Under the pieces are notes generated by a model. It ran no database searches, was not told where the DNA came from, and worked only from the letters and a program-made list of their open reading frames with translations. A DNA stretch of 64,000 nucleotides from Lama glama (lineage: Eukaryota), in the NCBI GenBank assembly GCA_028534125.1, contig CM052818.1, forward strand, positions 35,528,001-35,592,000, given 5' to 3'. The translations under genes and the position numbers were made by a program. Shown one piece after another: positions 26,711 through 40,690 of the stretch; position 1 is the stretch's first letter, and each line of letters begins with the position of its first letter.

Positions 26711-28763
26711 GACTAATTGGGCCATTTGAACCTGAGTTTAGAGACAACAGAAGAAGGAAAGCCATCAAGAAAAGGAGCTGGCACCAAGACACAGGGAAAT
26801 GCAGGCAGTAGGAAATGAAAGAGAAAGGAAGAGCCAGATGGGCCAAACCTGCGTAAGAACAGCCCGCAGCTGTGACTGACAGCACAGAGAGGGGGCAGGA
26901 GTCTGGAGCTCCGAACTAGTGATGGAGATGGGGATGCTTTCCCACCCCTCAACCCAACCCACCCCAACCCCCGCCCGTGGTGACTCACTAACCACACTCG
27001 TCCTGGAAATGGGATTAGAAGCTCTTCCCACCACTGTGGAATGACAGTATCAGTAATATCACATCACCCCAGAGATGTGCAAGGTTTGGGACCAGCCAAG
27101 AGAAAGAAGGTAGGTTGGGGCCAGAGTCTGAACATTGCCCAGTAAAATCAGTGCACCGAAGGCTGATTACAAACCTGGAGGGCAAATAATGGAAGAAGCC
27201 TTCCAGCATCCGCACTGTATTGTCAGATGTCTAGTAATCACAGGCCCAGGATACACTACCACCATGACGTCTGTAAACAAAGGAACCTAGCGAAACTTTG
27301 CCAGCTGGCTGAAATACATTTGAATAAATAATTTAAGCGCTAACCTCATTGGCATACTTTTGAAGACTAGGTGACAGCATGGAAAAAATTCCCAGGATGA
27401 AGTGTTTAATGAGAACGGTATATATGTGGATATACTAAACTATGTCCACATCACGGCCCTAAGCTATGATAATTATGATTAAATTAGGACAGGGGACAAG
27501 GAGAATACAGTTTGAGCTGTTAAAGTATCAAACCACCGTCAGTTTTCTCCTTGTCTTCATTTTCATGAACGCTGAATGGATATTTGCAACCCCTCTACCC
27601 CGACTTCGCTTGTCTACAAGCCTGGTGAGCAGGGTCTGTCCCCTCTGAGCCTCTGGCCCCCTTACCTGTGCTCACTTCTCTCCTCTCCCATTTCCCCAGT
27701 TCTCTGCTGCTCACTGGCCGCTTTCTGCTCCTGGCTGTGGTGGGACATTTCTAATTCAAAGGATGCTATGGGCTGTTCACCACTTCCATCCTCCATTTTC
27801 TGTCCCAGCTCAGCCATCATTAATGCCCCCAGGGTTGAATTTTAAATCACCACTGGAAAAAACTTGGGGTGGAATCTTTAATGATTTTTACTTAAGCATG
27901 CTTTGAAATTGGGGGGGAAAGAACCGCGTAAGACCACTGCATACTGTGGCCACCAGAAGCAGGCAACCACTTTTCTCCTCACGTTAATTTACACTGACTC
28001 CCGGCCATTCCCAAGGCCTGGGCTTCCTTTTTCTCATTTAGACAGTGACTCAGGTACAGATCATACAATGAAACTTTGCTTTACTTTGCTCCACACTCAG
28101 GATCAAATGCTTGCAAATACATGGACCTTTAAACCCAGTTATCTTATATTTGTGTCCCAAGATGGGTCTAATGAACATGGTTCCAGAAATCTAACTCACA
28201 TGTGGGGCACTCAGCATTACAGATTGCCCTCAAGTTGGCACTAAACTCAGCTCGCAGATGAATGCTGTCTGTGTCTGTCATCTTTCAGCTGTTATTAATG
28301 TCTTAGTATTTTCAGAGCTCATCACAGCCTGTTTGATAAAAATCTAGGTTTCAGCTTCTCAGCATGGGGAGTGAAAACAGAGATCGGAATAGAATATAGC
28401 TGCCAGCTTCCTACAAAATGACAGTAATAATAATAACAGGTCCCCTTCACTGTCCAGATGCTCGCGCTGGGAGAACCAGGGCTGGGAGGACCACAGTGGA
28501 ATATCAGTTCTTTTCCTCTCCTTGGTTCAGAAATCCCGTTCTCAGTACCTGCACCTGCTCATATGCATAGAGAAGCACATAAGAATGGATTGGTGACTTT
28601 GTTTGGAAACAACCTAAACATTCATCAGTAGAGGACTGGTAACTAGACCAGGGACTATCCATGCAACGGACACTGCAGCAGCTGAAATGAATAAAGCAGA
28701 GCTAAGGGCATCACTCTGACAGCTCTTCAAACACATTGTTAATTTAAAAGCAGGCTGCAGAAC

Positions 28764-29453
28764 CGCTATGGAAAACAGAATGGAGGTTCCTTAAAACACT
28801 AAAAATAGAATTACCGTATGATGCAGCAATCCCACTTGTGAGCATATATTTGAAGAAAACTCTAACTCAAAAAGACACATGTACCTCAATGTTCATAGCA
28901 GCACTATATACAATAGCCAAGACATGGAAGCAACCTAAATGTCCAACAACAGGTAAATAGATAAAGACAACGTGGTATATTTATACAATGGAATATCACT
29001 CAGTCATTAAAAAAGAATGAAATAATGCCATTTGCAGCAACATGGAGGGACCTAGAGATTATCATACCAAGTGAGGTTAAGTTAGACAGAGAAAGGCAAA
29101 TACCATATATCACTTATACATAGAATCTAAAATATGATACAAATGAACTTATTTACAAAACAGAAACAGATTCAATACATAGAAAACAAATTTATGGTTA
29201 CCAAAGGGAAAAGTGGGGTGGGGGAGGGATAAATTAGGAGTTTGGGATTAGCAGATATAAACTATTATTTATAAAATAGATAAACAACGAAGTCCTACTG
29301 TACAACATAGGGAGCTATTTGATATCCTATGATAAACCATAATGGAAAAGAATATAAAAAGAATACATACATAATTGAATTGCTTTGCTGTATACCAGAA
29401 ACTAGTAACACAACATTGCAAATCAACTATACTTTAATAAAAATTTTTTTAAG
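28764..29453 (+). mobile_element. L1 3' end (ORF2 end plus 3'UTR), nested in an older L1ME-like fragment
   Basis: Typical L1 text (aatgttcatagcagcactatatacaatagccaagacatggaagcaacc); 16-bp TSD with 2 mismatches at 28748-28763 and 29454-29469. Confidence 0.9.
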
Positions 29454-29644
29454 AAGGAGGCTGCCGAACACACATGGCATGATGCCATTTGTGTGCAACA
29501 CTCACTGGCCAGACTTGGTGCTTATGTAAGTATGTGTGTAAAATAGGCTGTAACTGCACAGAGACCTGTAAGAACATACAGCACAGGGTGATCAGTGGTT
29601 ACCTCTAGCATGCGGCCCGGACCGGGAGGCCTAGGGATGAGGCA

Positions 29645-29825
29645 GCAAGGTAGCCACCAATTACTCATTGATATTTAAATTAAATAAAATTTAAAATTTA
29701 GCTCCTTGGACACACTAGCCACATAGTACATGTCCAAGAGCCACAGCTGGCTAGTGGCCACCTTATTGGACAGCACAGATATAGAACACTTGCATCTTTG
29801 CAGAAAGTTCCTTGGATGGCTCTGA
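29645..29825 (-). mobile_element. MER3-like hAT-Charlie DNA transposon
   Basis: cactagccaca...gctagtggccaccttattggacagcacagatatagaaca...gcagaaagttc matches MER3. Confidence 0.8.
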
Positions 29826-30005
29826 CTTAGAGCTTTAGTTTTTATTTGAATTTTCTCCCCCCAACAGAAATGTTTTATGTACTCCTCATTTAATTTAAAA
29901 TAAATATAATTTTTAGTGTTTCTCTCATTTTCTCTTCAGGATGAAATGCCTCACAAAATCTAACGGGAACAATTTTCTGCTGAAAGATTTGGAATCCAAG
30001 AATTT

Positions 30006-30008
<3 letters not shown>

Positions 30009-30041
<33 letters not shown>
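30009..30041. repeat. (CA)n microsatellite
   Basis: Perfect dinucleotide run. Confidence 0.95.
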
Positions 30042-30044
<3 letters not shown>

Positions 30045-32934
30045 GGACTGTTTTCTGTACTTGCAGCTCAACTTGGTCCTTGCTGGAGCTGATTAAAGAC
30101 TGAACAGTCATCTCATTTATTCATGCACACATACTGGCATGCAACACAAATGCATCGAGTCCATTAGACACAGATAAAAAAAAATCTGGAATGCGTGATT
30201 CCCCCTCCCCTTGGGAATGCGCTCAAGCCACAATAACAAAAAGATGAGTGTCACTTGAGTCAGAGAGGCGCGTGCTGGGACATCAGCGGGGGAGGTGTCA
30301 TTTCCGTTTAGATGCTTCTCAGTAGAAATGAGGTAGAGACAACATGTTCACAAAGAGAAGGGAGGGCTTTCCAGGCAGTGGGAACAGCATCTGCAAAACC
30401 TCGGGGGAGCCAAGTCCAAGGGAGCATTCGGAGAGCAGTCAGTGGTCCAGTTTGTCCAGGCAGTGCAAGGGAAGCTGGGGAGTTAGGGAGAGGCCAGGTG
30501 CTGAGATGCCCTCGGATGCCAGGCCAAGATCGGAGAACCATCATTATACTAAATAACCACCAGGGTCACCTTTCATTGTGACTTAGAATGTGTAAGGAAC
30601 CTACTGCCGGGGGATAGATGGGTAGGGCATGGCCAGGAGGCTATGGAGAATGTGACTGTCCTGGCAGAAGAGCTAGACAAGTCCGTGAACCTGAGGTCCA
30701 GCTGGAGGTGTGGTGAACTCGGGGGAGTCACACTGGGTGGGTGTGGGACATCAGTGGGCAGAGCACATTCAGTCTCTAGCCTGCAGTGAAGTGGAAATCA
30801 GTGGAAGGGGAAGCCAGGAAGGAGCAGAGGCTTCTGACTGGTGCCTCACTGGCCCCAGAGCCAAGTGATGACATGTGGGATCAGAGGACAGAGATGGGGT
30901 GGGCTGAGTGCAGGCTAACCTTGGCCTGTCTCCCTCCCTTTACTCATGAGGCCACCAGAGCTGACAGCGAAGGAGGAGTGGAGGGGCTTTCCAGGGGAGG
31001 CATTAGAGGCAACAACAGCAGCCTGACAGCGTCTGCACGCATAGCGCCCACAGTCACAGAGGGAGGCGAGGACCCAGAGGGAACGTTGTCACGGCAGTTT
31101 GAGGGGGCAGGTGGGTTTCAAGAAGTGAAGACGGTTAGGAGAGGGAAAAACAGCGAGAACTAAGAAGGCGAAGGCAAAGGGCTCAGCACTCAGACCTCCA
31201 CTGGCGACCTTCTGGGCTGGTTTCAGTAGAGAAATGATCTTGAAATCTTAACTAGAGGGAGTCAAGCGGGGAATGACTATTAAGGGAAGAGGAGAGGCGT
31301 CATCTCAGTTTCCATGACTGCTGGTTTAGAAGCATCAGAAAATAGTATATGAAATACGGATTTAAAAACAACCAGCAACCCCGGCAGCGCTTGGTCGGCC
31401 TCGGCACTGAGGCGGGGGTCACGTGGCTTTGGCAGGCTCGGCCCTGCACGTGTGAATAATGGAGCAACTTCCCATATCAGAAGCAGCACAGACCCCCGGG
31501 CCGGGGTGAGCTCCAGCCCTGAGACCTTCTGCTTCCAGAGTGGTCTTAGGACCCTGGAGGTATTCTGTAGCTTCGATGATAAAATTACCCTTAACAGTTA
31601 GAGCATTGTTGGGACCTTATAATTTAATGGATACTCACTTCATAAACATTGCTTATCAGTATAAGCAGTGTACTGGTTACATATATGGAAGGAAGTCCTT
31701 TACAACCTAAGGGCCTTTACAACCCAAGGAAATCCGAATAAACTGATCAAGTTTGTGGTGGGTAGGGGGTAGTTAATGCTTATGTGCACAGCTGTCCGTC
31801 AGGTGTTTTGAGCTCACGGTGAGAATTCATTCATCTGAAATTTATCCGTCTGAATACCTACTACTTGGCACTTTGAGGCATTTGACATATTTTTTTAAGA
31901 GCATATGAAGCATGGGGGAATAAGAAGCTTTCCAATGGATAACTCTTGCCCTCAACAAGTTTGCAGCACAGAGAATAGAATCCACCACATGAAAATAATA
32001 CAGTGTTAGAAATTTCACTGGTGATTTGGTTTAAGTTTGGAGCTAAGAACTAGAAATCAGGACTTAGGATTTCCAACACATTGATGCTTTCCCCATTCCC
32101 ATAATATGTCCGGTTTCCTACTGCGATCACCAGGCAGCCTATAAAAAGCAGGGTTACTCACCTCTAGCTCTCCAAATGAACACAGTGTCAAATATAGAAA
32201 CCGGAGGAAGCTTCATTGTTATGGAGCCAAAATGATTGAGAGCAAGTGTGAGGGCTGTAAATATACAGATGAACTAACAGATTTAAGATGCAGACTCTTA
32301 AAGGCTAAGATTCCAAGATCAATCATTCAAAAGTCCAAATATATAATCAGAGGGTCTGTCAGTGGGAGCAGTGGTGCCAGAACACAAAACAGGCACCGTG
32401 CCCAGGGCTGCTAAAAGATAAAGCCGGGGCCCTGGTGACCGCAGTGCCAGAGGGAAGTTTCAGAAACATCACTTTTGAAATGCAAAACAGAATTAGGAGC
32501 AAGCACTAGAATTCTGCAAAAGAAAAAAAAAAAAAGCAAAACAAGTGCTAGGTTGAGCCACACTAAAAACACCAAGTAAGCAGCAGGCCAGGCACAGCCA
32601 AGACCCATTTTTAAGGAGGCAGTTTCACCATGCATGGGCATTCTGGGCATACCTGCACGGGGGAGGAAGTCCCTCCAGCAGGTCCTGCCCACGTTGCAAG
32701 AAGCAAAAAGCAGATAGACTGAGAAAGCAGCTAAGCACAGTGGATCTCTGAATGCAGAAACCCAGCTGGCCAGGGACAGCTCCTTAAAGAGCTCTAACTG
32801 AGGCGTGGAGAATGCTTCCTCCAAAGCAGATCCTCAGCCTCTGGGGAGGGTGGCTCTGTTACCGCTCTGTCGTCATTAAAAAGGATCTGCTGATAGTAAA
32901 GTATGTATTATGACCTCTCCCCCACTAACGTCAA

Positions 32935-33155
32935 CATCAGCTAACAATAAGCTCTCCTTATGCATCAGGAACAGTTGAGAGGTTTGAATGCATTGTTTAA
33001 TTTATCTTCCCAGCAGCACTAAGGTGGAGTCTAGGTCCCCATTTTATCGATGAGGAAAATGAGGCTTAGTGCAGTTAAGAAACTCATCCAAAGTCACACA
33101 ACTGTTCCCTGGGACAGTGGGATTCAAACCCAGGTCTGTCTGACTCTAGGGTCTT
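32935..33155 (-). mobile_element. MIR SINE
   Basis: ccccattttatcgatgaggaaaatgaggcttag...ggattcaaacccaggtctgtctgactc. Confidence 0.8.
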
Positions 33156-34783
33156 CACACTTAACCCTGGGGCTGCAAAGGAGACACTCAGATTTACTCG
33201 TTTCCATGTGCTATCAGGGGAAAAAAAAGTCCATTTTTCATTAGGGAGATGTAGGTCTTTGTGCAGAGATGTCACAAGCCAGCACATTATTAAGAAACAG
33301 GTGAATAATAAGGCCATTAAAGGCTATGAATCCTTCAGAGAACGTCATCACTTCCAGGTCACAAAAGCCCCAAGGAGGAAATGGAAAAAATCAATCCTGC
33401 ACACGTACCTGGCCCTGCTCAGTCATCAGCCGTGACTCTGCTGGTACTGAGGCAAGGCTGAAAGCCTGGTCAAACCGAGCTTTGTTCTGTCCAACGAGAG
33501 TCAGCAATGCCAAAGGCAGTGCTCAAAAGGCCTTACACCAGATGGCCCTCTTTATGGGCCCTCTGCCCACTGCCCTGCCGGCACCATCAACCTCCCAGCT
33601 GCTGACACCAGGCTGGACTTCCTGGGTCAGCCTCCTCCACTCTCTGCTCAGCACATAAGTTTTCTAGCAGCGTGCGCCCCGAGCAGCAGCTCTCAATGAG
33701 CTCTTTTACTAGGGTGCTGGGGACAGTGTTGGGCTTTGGGTAAGAGCCCTGGTGCTGGCTGGCACAGGTCCCTGGCTGGCTTCTGGCAACCAGCTGCCAG
33801 AGATGCAAAACAGACCCGTGATTGTTTGCATGCATGTTTTCCCCTTTCCCTGGGTTTCCTGCTGTCTTATCACAATATAATTAACGTGTAGTAGATGCAC
33901 AGATCTTACCAGTTCAGTGCCTTGAGGTACTGGCAACTGTTTATACACTTGTGTAACCAGCACCCAAACAAGACAGAACATTTGGGATGCCCTCAAAGAG
34001 TTCACCTTTCCAGTCACTCCCCTCACACAGCCACTACCTGATTTCTCATTTTTATCAGCAGAGTTGTTTTTGCATGTCTTCTTGCCTAATCATGTCTAAA
34101 ACGTAATTAGAAGATGTTAGATAACCATCCACAGATCTTGGACGATGAAAAACACTTTTGATTATATTTATGTTCTGCCGTTAAAACATATGCTCACTCT
34201 ACAAAATGTGAAAAATAACCAAATAGTTTTTAAAAGAAAAATTTTAAATCATCTGTGATCCTATCATCCAGAAATAACCACTGTCATTGTTCTAGTGGGC
34301 TCGTTTCAGGATAGTACACACACATTGATGATAGGCTGGCTCTCTGGTGTGGCATTAGCTTTTTTTGTAAATAAATAAAGCATGTTGCTGCTGACCTCAG
34401 TTACCATTCAGAGCTGCCTATGTGAGAGGCAGCTCCATTAAAAATCAACCTGCAATTTCAAGCACCAACCCTTGTGGTTTCTTTGGGGCTGAATTTCTGA
34501 GTTCACCATTTTGTTTTCTGCAATGGAATATGACTGGCAGTCCTTTTCCCACTGGCAGTCACATGGACCTCTCCTGGTACCCCAGTTTCACTGCTCAGAA
34601 GGACAGCGGCTAGCTCCTTGAGACGCACCTCCCCCTGCAAGGTGAATGATGCATTTGCCATTAAATCAGACCATCTGTAACATAACCTCCAAAATTGATC
34701 ATCATTCCTCCAGCCACTTTCACAAAAATGTAGTAACAGACATGCCCTCATACATAAAATTTTACATAAAATTTCCTTCTTTT

Positions 34784-34920
34784 GGGGGAGGGTATAGCTT
34801 AAGTGGTAGAGTGCATGCTTAGCATGCACAAGGTCCTGGGTTCAATCCCCAGCACCTGCATTAAAAATAAATAAATAAACCTAATTACCTCTCCCTCACC
34901 CAAAAAAATTCTAAAAAAAA
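34784..34920 (+). mobile_element. Camelid tRNA-derived SINE (Vic-1-like), near consensus
   Basis: GGGGGAGGGTATAGCTTAAGTGGTAGAGTGCATGCTTAGCATGCACAAGGTCCTGGGTTCAATCCCCAGCACC...AAACCTAATTACCTC plus A tail. Confidence 0.92.
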
Positions 34921-35079
34921 TTTTTTCTTTCTTTGAAAAATGTCATTTTAATGACATTCTTAATTTAAGTTGGGATTCTAAAGATCCCAAGAATATGATG
35001 AGGTCTGTTTCTGGGTCTCCTTTTATCCACACCCCAAGCAATAAGGTGACTGAGAGGTCATCAGCCCAGCCTGATTTAT

Positions 35080-36135
35080 GCTCTAGAACTCTTTTCATCT
35101 TGCAAAACTGATACTCTGTACCCATTACATAACTCCCCACACCCATCCCCTCAGTCCCTGGTAACTTCTATTCTACCTTCTATGAATTTGACTACTCCAG
35201 GTACCTCATATAAGTGAAATCATACAGGTTCTGTCATTTTTGTAACATTTTTGTAATATTTCACTTAGCATAACGTCCTCAGGGTTCATCCATTTTGTGG
35301 CATGTGTCAGGATTCCCTTCTTCTTTAAGGCTGAGTAATATTCCACTGGATGTATATCCCACAATTTGTTTATCCATTCATCTGCCAATATATATGCTTA
35401 GGTAGTTTCCACTTTTGGCTATTTTGAATAATGGAAGTATGTGTACAAATATCTTTCTAAGGTCCTGCTTTCACTTCTTTTGATATAAATTCAGAGAGGG
35501 GATTACTGGATCATATGATAATTTTGCTTTTAATTTTTTGAAAAACTGCCATTCTGTTTTGCATAGTGGCTGCACCATTTTACATTTCAACCAGCAGTAC
35601 ATAAGGGTTCCAATTTCTCCACACCCTTGCACACTCTTGTTATTTCCTGTTTTCTTGTTTCTTTGTTTTGTGTTTTTGGCGGGGGAGTGGGAATTAGGTT
35701 TGTTTATTTTTAATGGAGGTACTGGGAATTGAACCCAGGAACTCGTGCATGCTAGGCTTACACTCTACTCTGAGTTATGTCCTCCCTGCCCCATTTCCTG
35801 GTTTCTTGATAATAGCCACCTTAATTGGTGTGAAATTGTGTATCACTGTGATTTTGATTTGCATTTCCCTGGTAATTAGTGATGTTGAGAATCTTTTCAT
35901 GTACTTTTTGGCCATTTGTATGTTGTCTTTGAAGAAATGTCTATTCAAGTCCTTTGCCCATTTTTAAATCGAGCTGTTTCTCTTTTGTCGAGTTGTAGGC
36001 ATTCTTTATATACTCCATATAAAAACGTGATTTGCAAATATTCTCTGGGTTGCCATTCCATGGGTTGCCTTTTCACTCTGTTGATAGTGTCCTTTCATGC
36101 ACAAAAGTTTTAAGTTTTGATGTAGTTCAAGTAAT
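35080..36135 (-). mobile_element. L1 (L1MB-like) 3' fragment interrupted by a SINE
   Basis: Minus ORF DEWINKLWDIHPVEYYSALKK...WMNPEDVMLSE is the L1 ORF2 end. Confidence 0.88.
35658..35792 (-). mobile_element. Vic-1-like SINE inserted into L1
   Basis: ggaggtactgggaattgaacccagg; TSD atttcctg(t/g)tttcttg at 35642-35657 and 35793-35808. Confidence 0.85.
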
Positions 36136-37711
36136 AACGGTGTTTTACATGAGTCCATTTGGAATAGAAGTGAATAGTGTTGGGAGAAAAAAAAAAACCC
36201 AGACCTGGTTCTTTTCTTAGTTATGCCATTTAATGAGCTGGATGATCTCAGACAAGGCATTTAATTTCTCTGAACTTTATTATTCTTATCTGAAAATGGG
36301 AACAGGGAAAAGAGTACCTACCACACAGGCTTTTGTGAAATGTGAATGTACGTGAGCAAGAATCTGGTGCCCAGCACTTGGAAGGCACATGCCTCTCACC
36401 GAAGCTTGCCTGGCATACTTGTCAGTGTGCATCATTCCATTCAAGAACCCCAGCACATTTGGAATGAACAAAGGGATCATCATCCCGGTCTTATCAGTGA
36501 GGAAATGGATGCATGGCGAGGTTACCTGAAGAACCGAGACCACAGTGCCCGCATTACCACCTAGATTTTTGGGAAACTCCTGCTGTGCATGCACCACCCC
36601 CCCCAGTCCCTGCTGTTTTACCCACAGGATAGACCAGTCACCCCAACCCATTTGCAGATGTAAGAACTGGGAAACCCTTAAAGACCGTCCAGTCCAGCTC
36701 TCCCAACTTAAGGATGGTGAACACAAATGAGACAGAGGTTGAGAATCTTGCCCCAATTCACACAGCAACAGAGCCTGAGTCAGCCCTGATGGCCCGCCTT
36801 CCCCCTCCACCGCAGAAGTGAATGTCGTTGAGAAAGCAGACGGGAGGCGCTGTACGCAGTCCAGCACCGCCCACTCCTCTCCGGAACACTCAGCCCTGTT
36901 CTCCTCCGGGCGCGTTGTCGGGGGAGAGGAGCGCATTCCCAGCAGTGCTGGGGAATAGCTGTGGGCTGAAAGTTCTCAAGACAGTTGGACGGTCAGATGT
37001 GTTTACTATATTCAGCAGCCACGGGGCCCAGGCCTGCTGGGAGAACCAGGCCCTCCCAGGGCTTTGAGGGAAGCAAAGGGATGACCCTGGTAGTTTTTCT
37101 CTTTTCTACTCTGTCGGTATCTGCCGAGGTCACATACTTGCTATTCCATATGGTGCCCCCAAATGGAAGGCACACAAGGCTGCAGGGTCCTTTATCTAGG
37201 CATGCTCAGCCAGGTGCTTCCAAGTAACGAGAAACAGACATTTCATTGCCTTTGCCTCAAACCTTTTCATCTTTCTTGTTTTGTGAAATAATAGTGTACA
37301 AACGATATGAATGGAAATCAAAATAAAGATTTATCCATAATTACGCCACTAAGTGGCCTTCCTTTTCGAAGAACATGATTGTAGCATTTATTCTGAGCCC
37401 CACAAAACAAGAAGGGAATATGTAAGAATGATTCTCTAACTGCCCAGTTTCACCAGTAGGCAAAGTGGCTGTTGTCATGATGAACACATTAAAGTCTGGA
37501 GGAAAAGCCAAATGGTTATATTCTGGTATATTCTTTATTCTATACAAAATTACGATCAATGTGGGAAGGCAGAGTAAGATGATGAAAAAGTATTGTCACT
37601 CTAGGATTCTCTCTGGCCTTAAAGAGATTCCCCAGCCTGTCATCACTGGTACCCTGGAAAAATGGGCTGCTAGGCATGTATATATGGTTGGGTGAATGAT
37701 GCATATAATGA

Positions 37712-37796
37712 TCTTTTTAATGGAGGTGCTGGGGATTGAACCCAGGACCTTGTGCATGTTAAGCATCACTCTACTGCTGGACTATAGCCACCCTCT
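37712..37796 (-). mobile_element. Short Vic-1-like SINE
   Basis: atggaggtgctggggattgaacccaggaccttgtgcatgttaagc...ctatagcc. Confidence 0.8.
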
Positions 37797-38627
37797 CATA
37801 TAATTACAGTTCAGTGCAAACACCTGAGCTCTTACTACAAACCAAAGATCTCTCCTAGATGCTAGGAAAAACAAAGATGACAACAGAGGTTGTGCCCTCA
37901 AGAGGTTCATAGATTTAGTCTGTAAAGAAATAAGTGACATTCTGTGTGACAAATAAATGACAAAAATAACAGCAAAGTATAAGAAACAGTGGGGACACAA
38001 AGAAGGCTTGGCGAAGGCTGCAGAGCTCCAGATTTTTTCAGCATCCATCCTGTGTGATCCTGCTCTACAAGCACACTTCCTGCACAAGTAGTGAGAAGCC
38101 AGGAGGCGCTGGGAATGCATCGCTTTATTACAAGCCATTCCTTTCGAAGAGATCTTCACCCAAGGTTCTACAAGTGTTCTTGTAACTTAGGGATTCTTTA
38201 TCGTATGATTTATAAATGTTATTTCAAGAACTAGTCACCTGAAAAGGAAGTTGGAACATGGAGAGAAGTCTCTCTGAATGGTTATGACAAAGCTTGGAGC
38301 CCTGCCAAGCTAAGAATCTAAGACTCCTGGTTCCCATCTGCTTGAATGTATTTGGGTCCTTCTGTAGGGTAATGAGAAAGTTAGCATTTGAACCCAGGAA
38401 TCCTAATTCTCAGATTTACAGGCAGACTGCAGGACATGCATTAGAGCACTGAGCTTCACAGTCCTCATCAGTACCCATATTCCTAGATGTAAAGCCACAA
38501 CTAAACTATGTGAAAGCTACTAAAATATTCAGTTTGGAATTCTTCTCTTGTGGTAAAGCTTGCTGTTTGACATAAGGCACTTATAATTGCCATTAGGTAC
38601 AAAAGCAGTGGGGGTTTATGCTTTGTC

Positions 38628-38701
38628 TTTTTTTCTTTAACTGAAGTCTAACTGGTTTACAATGTTGTGTTAGTTTCTGGTATATAGCATAGTGGTTCAG
38701 T

Positions 38702-38744
<43 letters not shown>

Positions 38745-38925
38745 TCTTTTTCATATTCTTTTTCATTATAAGCTATTACAAGGTATTGAATACAATTCCC
38801 TGTGCTACACAGTAGGACTTTGTTGTCTATTTTATATACAGTAGTTGGTATCTGCAAATCCCAAACTCCAAATTTATCCCCCCACCTCCCCCAACTTTCC
38901 TTCCTGGTAACCATAAGCAGTGTTT
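38628..38925 (-). mobile_element. L1 3' end with internal (TG)n (38712-38742)
   Basis: tttacaatgttgtgttagtttctgg...ccctgtgctacacagtaggac...ggtaaccataag. Confidence 0.88.
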
Positions 38926-40444
38926 TAATCTCACACAAAGCTCTGTGAACACTTGCTTAGGAGACAATGGAGAGAATGAACTTCAACCAGCTGCATGACC
39001 CTGGGAAAATTATTGGTCTTTTGAATCTGTGTCCCCAGTTCAACCAGAGACATAATGACATCGACCACCAAAGGGTTGTTCTGAGTGGAGATAATGAATA
39101 GAATGACACACAATAAACATTGCTAAGTTTTAGTAACTTATAAGAATTTAGCATGATCTAAGGATTTAGATAAAGATGTCCTCAGTCCTCTTTGTGGTCT
39201 AAAGAGATTTTCTCATCTTTCTGGCATGCGGATGAGGGACACAGTCATGGGCGGCCAATTTGCGGATGGTTCTCTAGGAGACAAGAAAGTGCTCAACAGA
39301 ATCAGTGTCAGGGCTGTCCACTCACAGGGCCCCCGTGTGGCGGGCAGACTTCCCAGGGGCAGGGACCCAGCTAGCCAAAATTGCAGCATCTCTCTGGTTT
39401 GATGTTCTTATTACCAGACCCTTCTGTCTAAGGATTTTAACAAACATAGTCTAAATATGGCATACCCATCCTCGTCAGCAGGGATTGCCACTGTTTCTGG
39501 AGAGGGTGTGGCCATGCCCCAGAAACATCCATAAGAATTGCTTAGAGAGTGATAATATCCCCTTTCGTAGATACAGTGTTCTGTAATGCAAATAATGTAT
39601 GTGGATGTTTTCTCATTTGACCCCCTCACCACACGAAGCAAACTAATTATCCCCCTTTTATAGGGGAAGGAATGGGCTGAGAGAGAGAGGAACTAACTGC
39701 CCAGAGCCCTATGGCTAGAAGGTGGCCACTGGGGACTTGGACCACTGTCCCTCTCACACGCAGTCCAGTCCTAACCCCCCTTCTCAGAGGCAGGAATCAC
39801 TGCCTCCAGATTGCCTGGATCTGAAGATGCAGGGAAGGGGTTTTAATTCACAAACTATCAGAAAAGTAGAAGCTGCTCCTATGAACAAAGGTCCCAGTCT
39901 CTGGGGTCCTTTGTGGTCCTCCAGGCCAAGCAGTGACTGTGGACCACGTTTTTAAGAGCAATGCCAATCAGGCATGTGTGTGACTCAGCGCTGGCTGCGA
40001 CAGCCCCACTCCACTTGCCTGTCCCCACTCCCCACCCTGCCCCGAGGTGCACGCCCATGCTTCCTTGATTTTCGTGCCATCACTGGCTTTGCGTTCTGTC
40101 TCCCAGCCTCACCACCCTACTCTCCTGACTTCTCTCTTACTTACCTTTCCTCTTCTAGGTCCTGCAGACACTTCTGAGGCCCTTTCTCTCTCTAACAAAG
40201 CAAAACAATGATAAAGGAGGTGGGAATGGCGCCAAGAGGCAGAGGCTCCAACCAGAAGTGAGACCTCCCAGCCTTCCTGTTGACATGCCTGGGGCCAAAG
40301 AGAAGGCACGTCCTCCTCAGGAGTTCACACCAACTGTGCACTCTCCTCTCTTCTTAAATTAACACGTGCGAGTCTGTGCGGTACAGTGAGCTTTGCAAAG
40401 AAAAGACCTGTATTCTCTGAAATATTCTGAATACTCTAGGGACA

Positions 40445-40690
40445 GCAGTGTAGAAGGGAGGGTGAGTCCACACTCCAGAGCTGGAATGCCTAGGTTCAAT
40501 TCAGCCCGATCACATAACTGTGTAGCCACAAGCTGGTCACTAAAACTCCCAGCACCTCAGTTTTCTCATTTCTAAAATGAGAATAATAATTCCCAATTCA
40601 CAGAATTTGAGGAGGATTAAAGCAATAAATACCTAAAAAGTGCTTAGACTAGTGGTTAGCTTATTGTGGTACCCAAGGAATGGAAATGAA
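40445..40690 (+). mobile_element. MIR SINE
   Basis: ctccagagctggaatgcctaggttc...cctcagttttctcatttctaaaatgag...aagtgcttag. Confidence 0.75.

Noticed and set aside
36286..36936. 216-aa minus-strand ORF
   Set aside because: Runs through MIR fragments; no recognisable protein.
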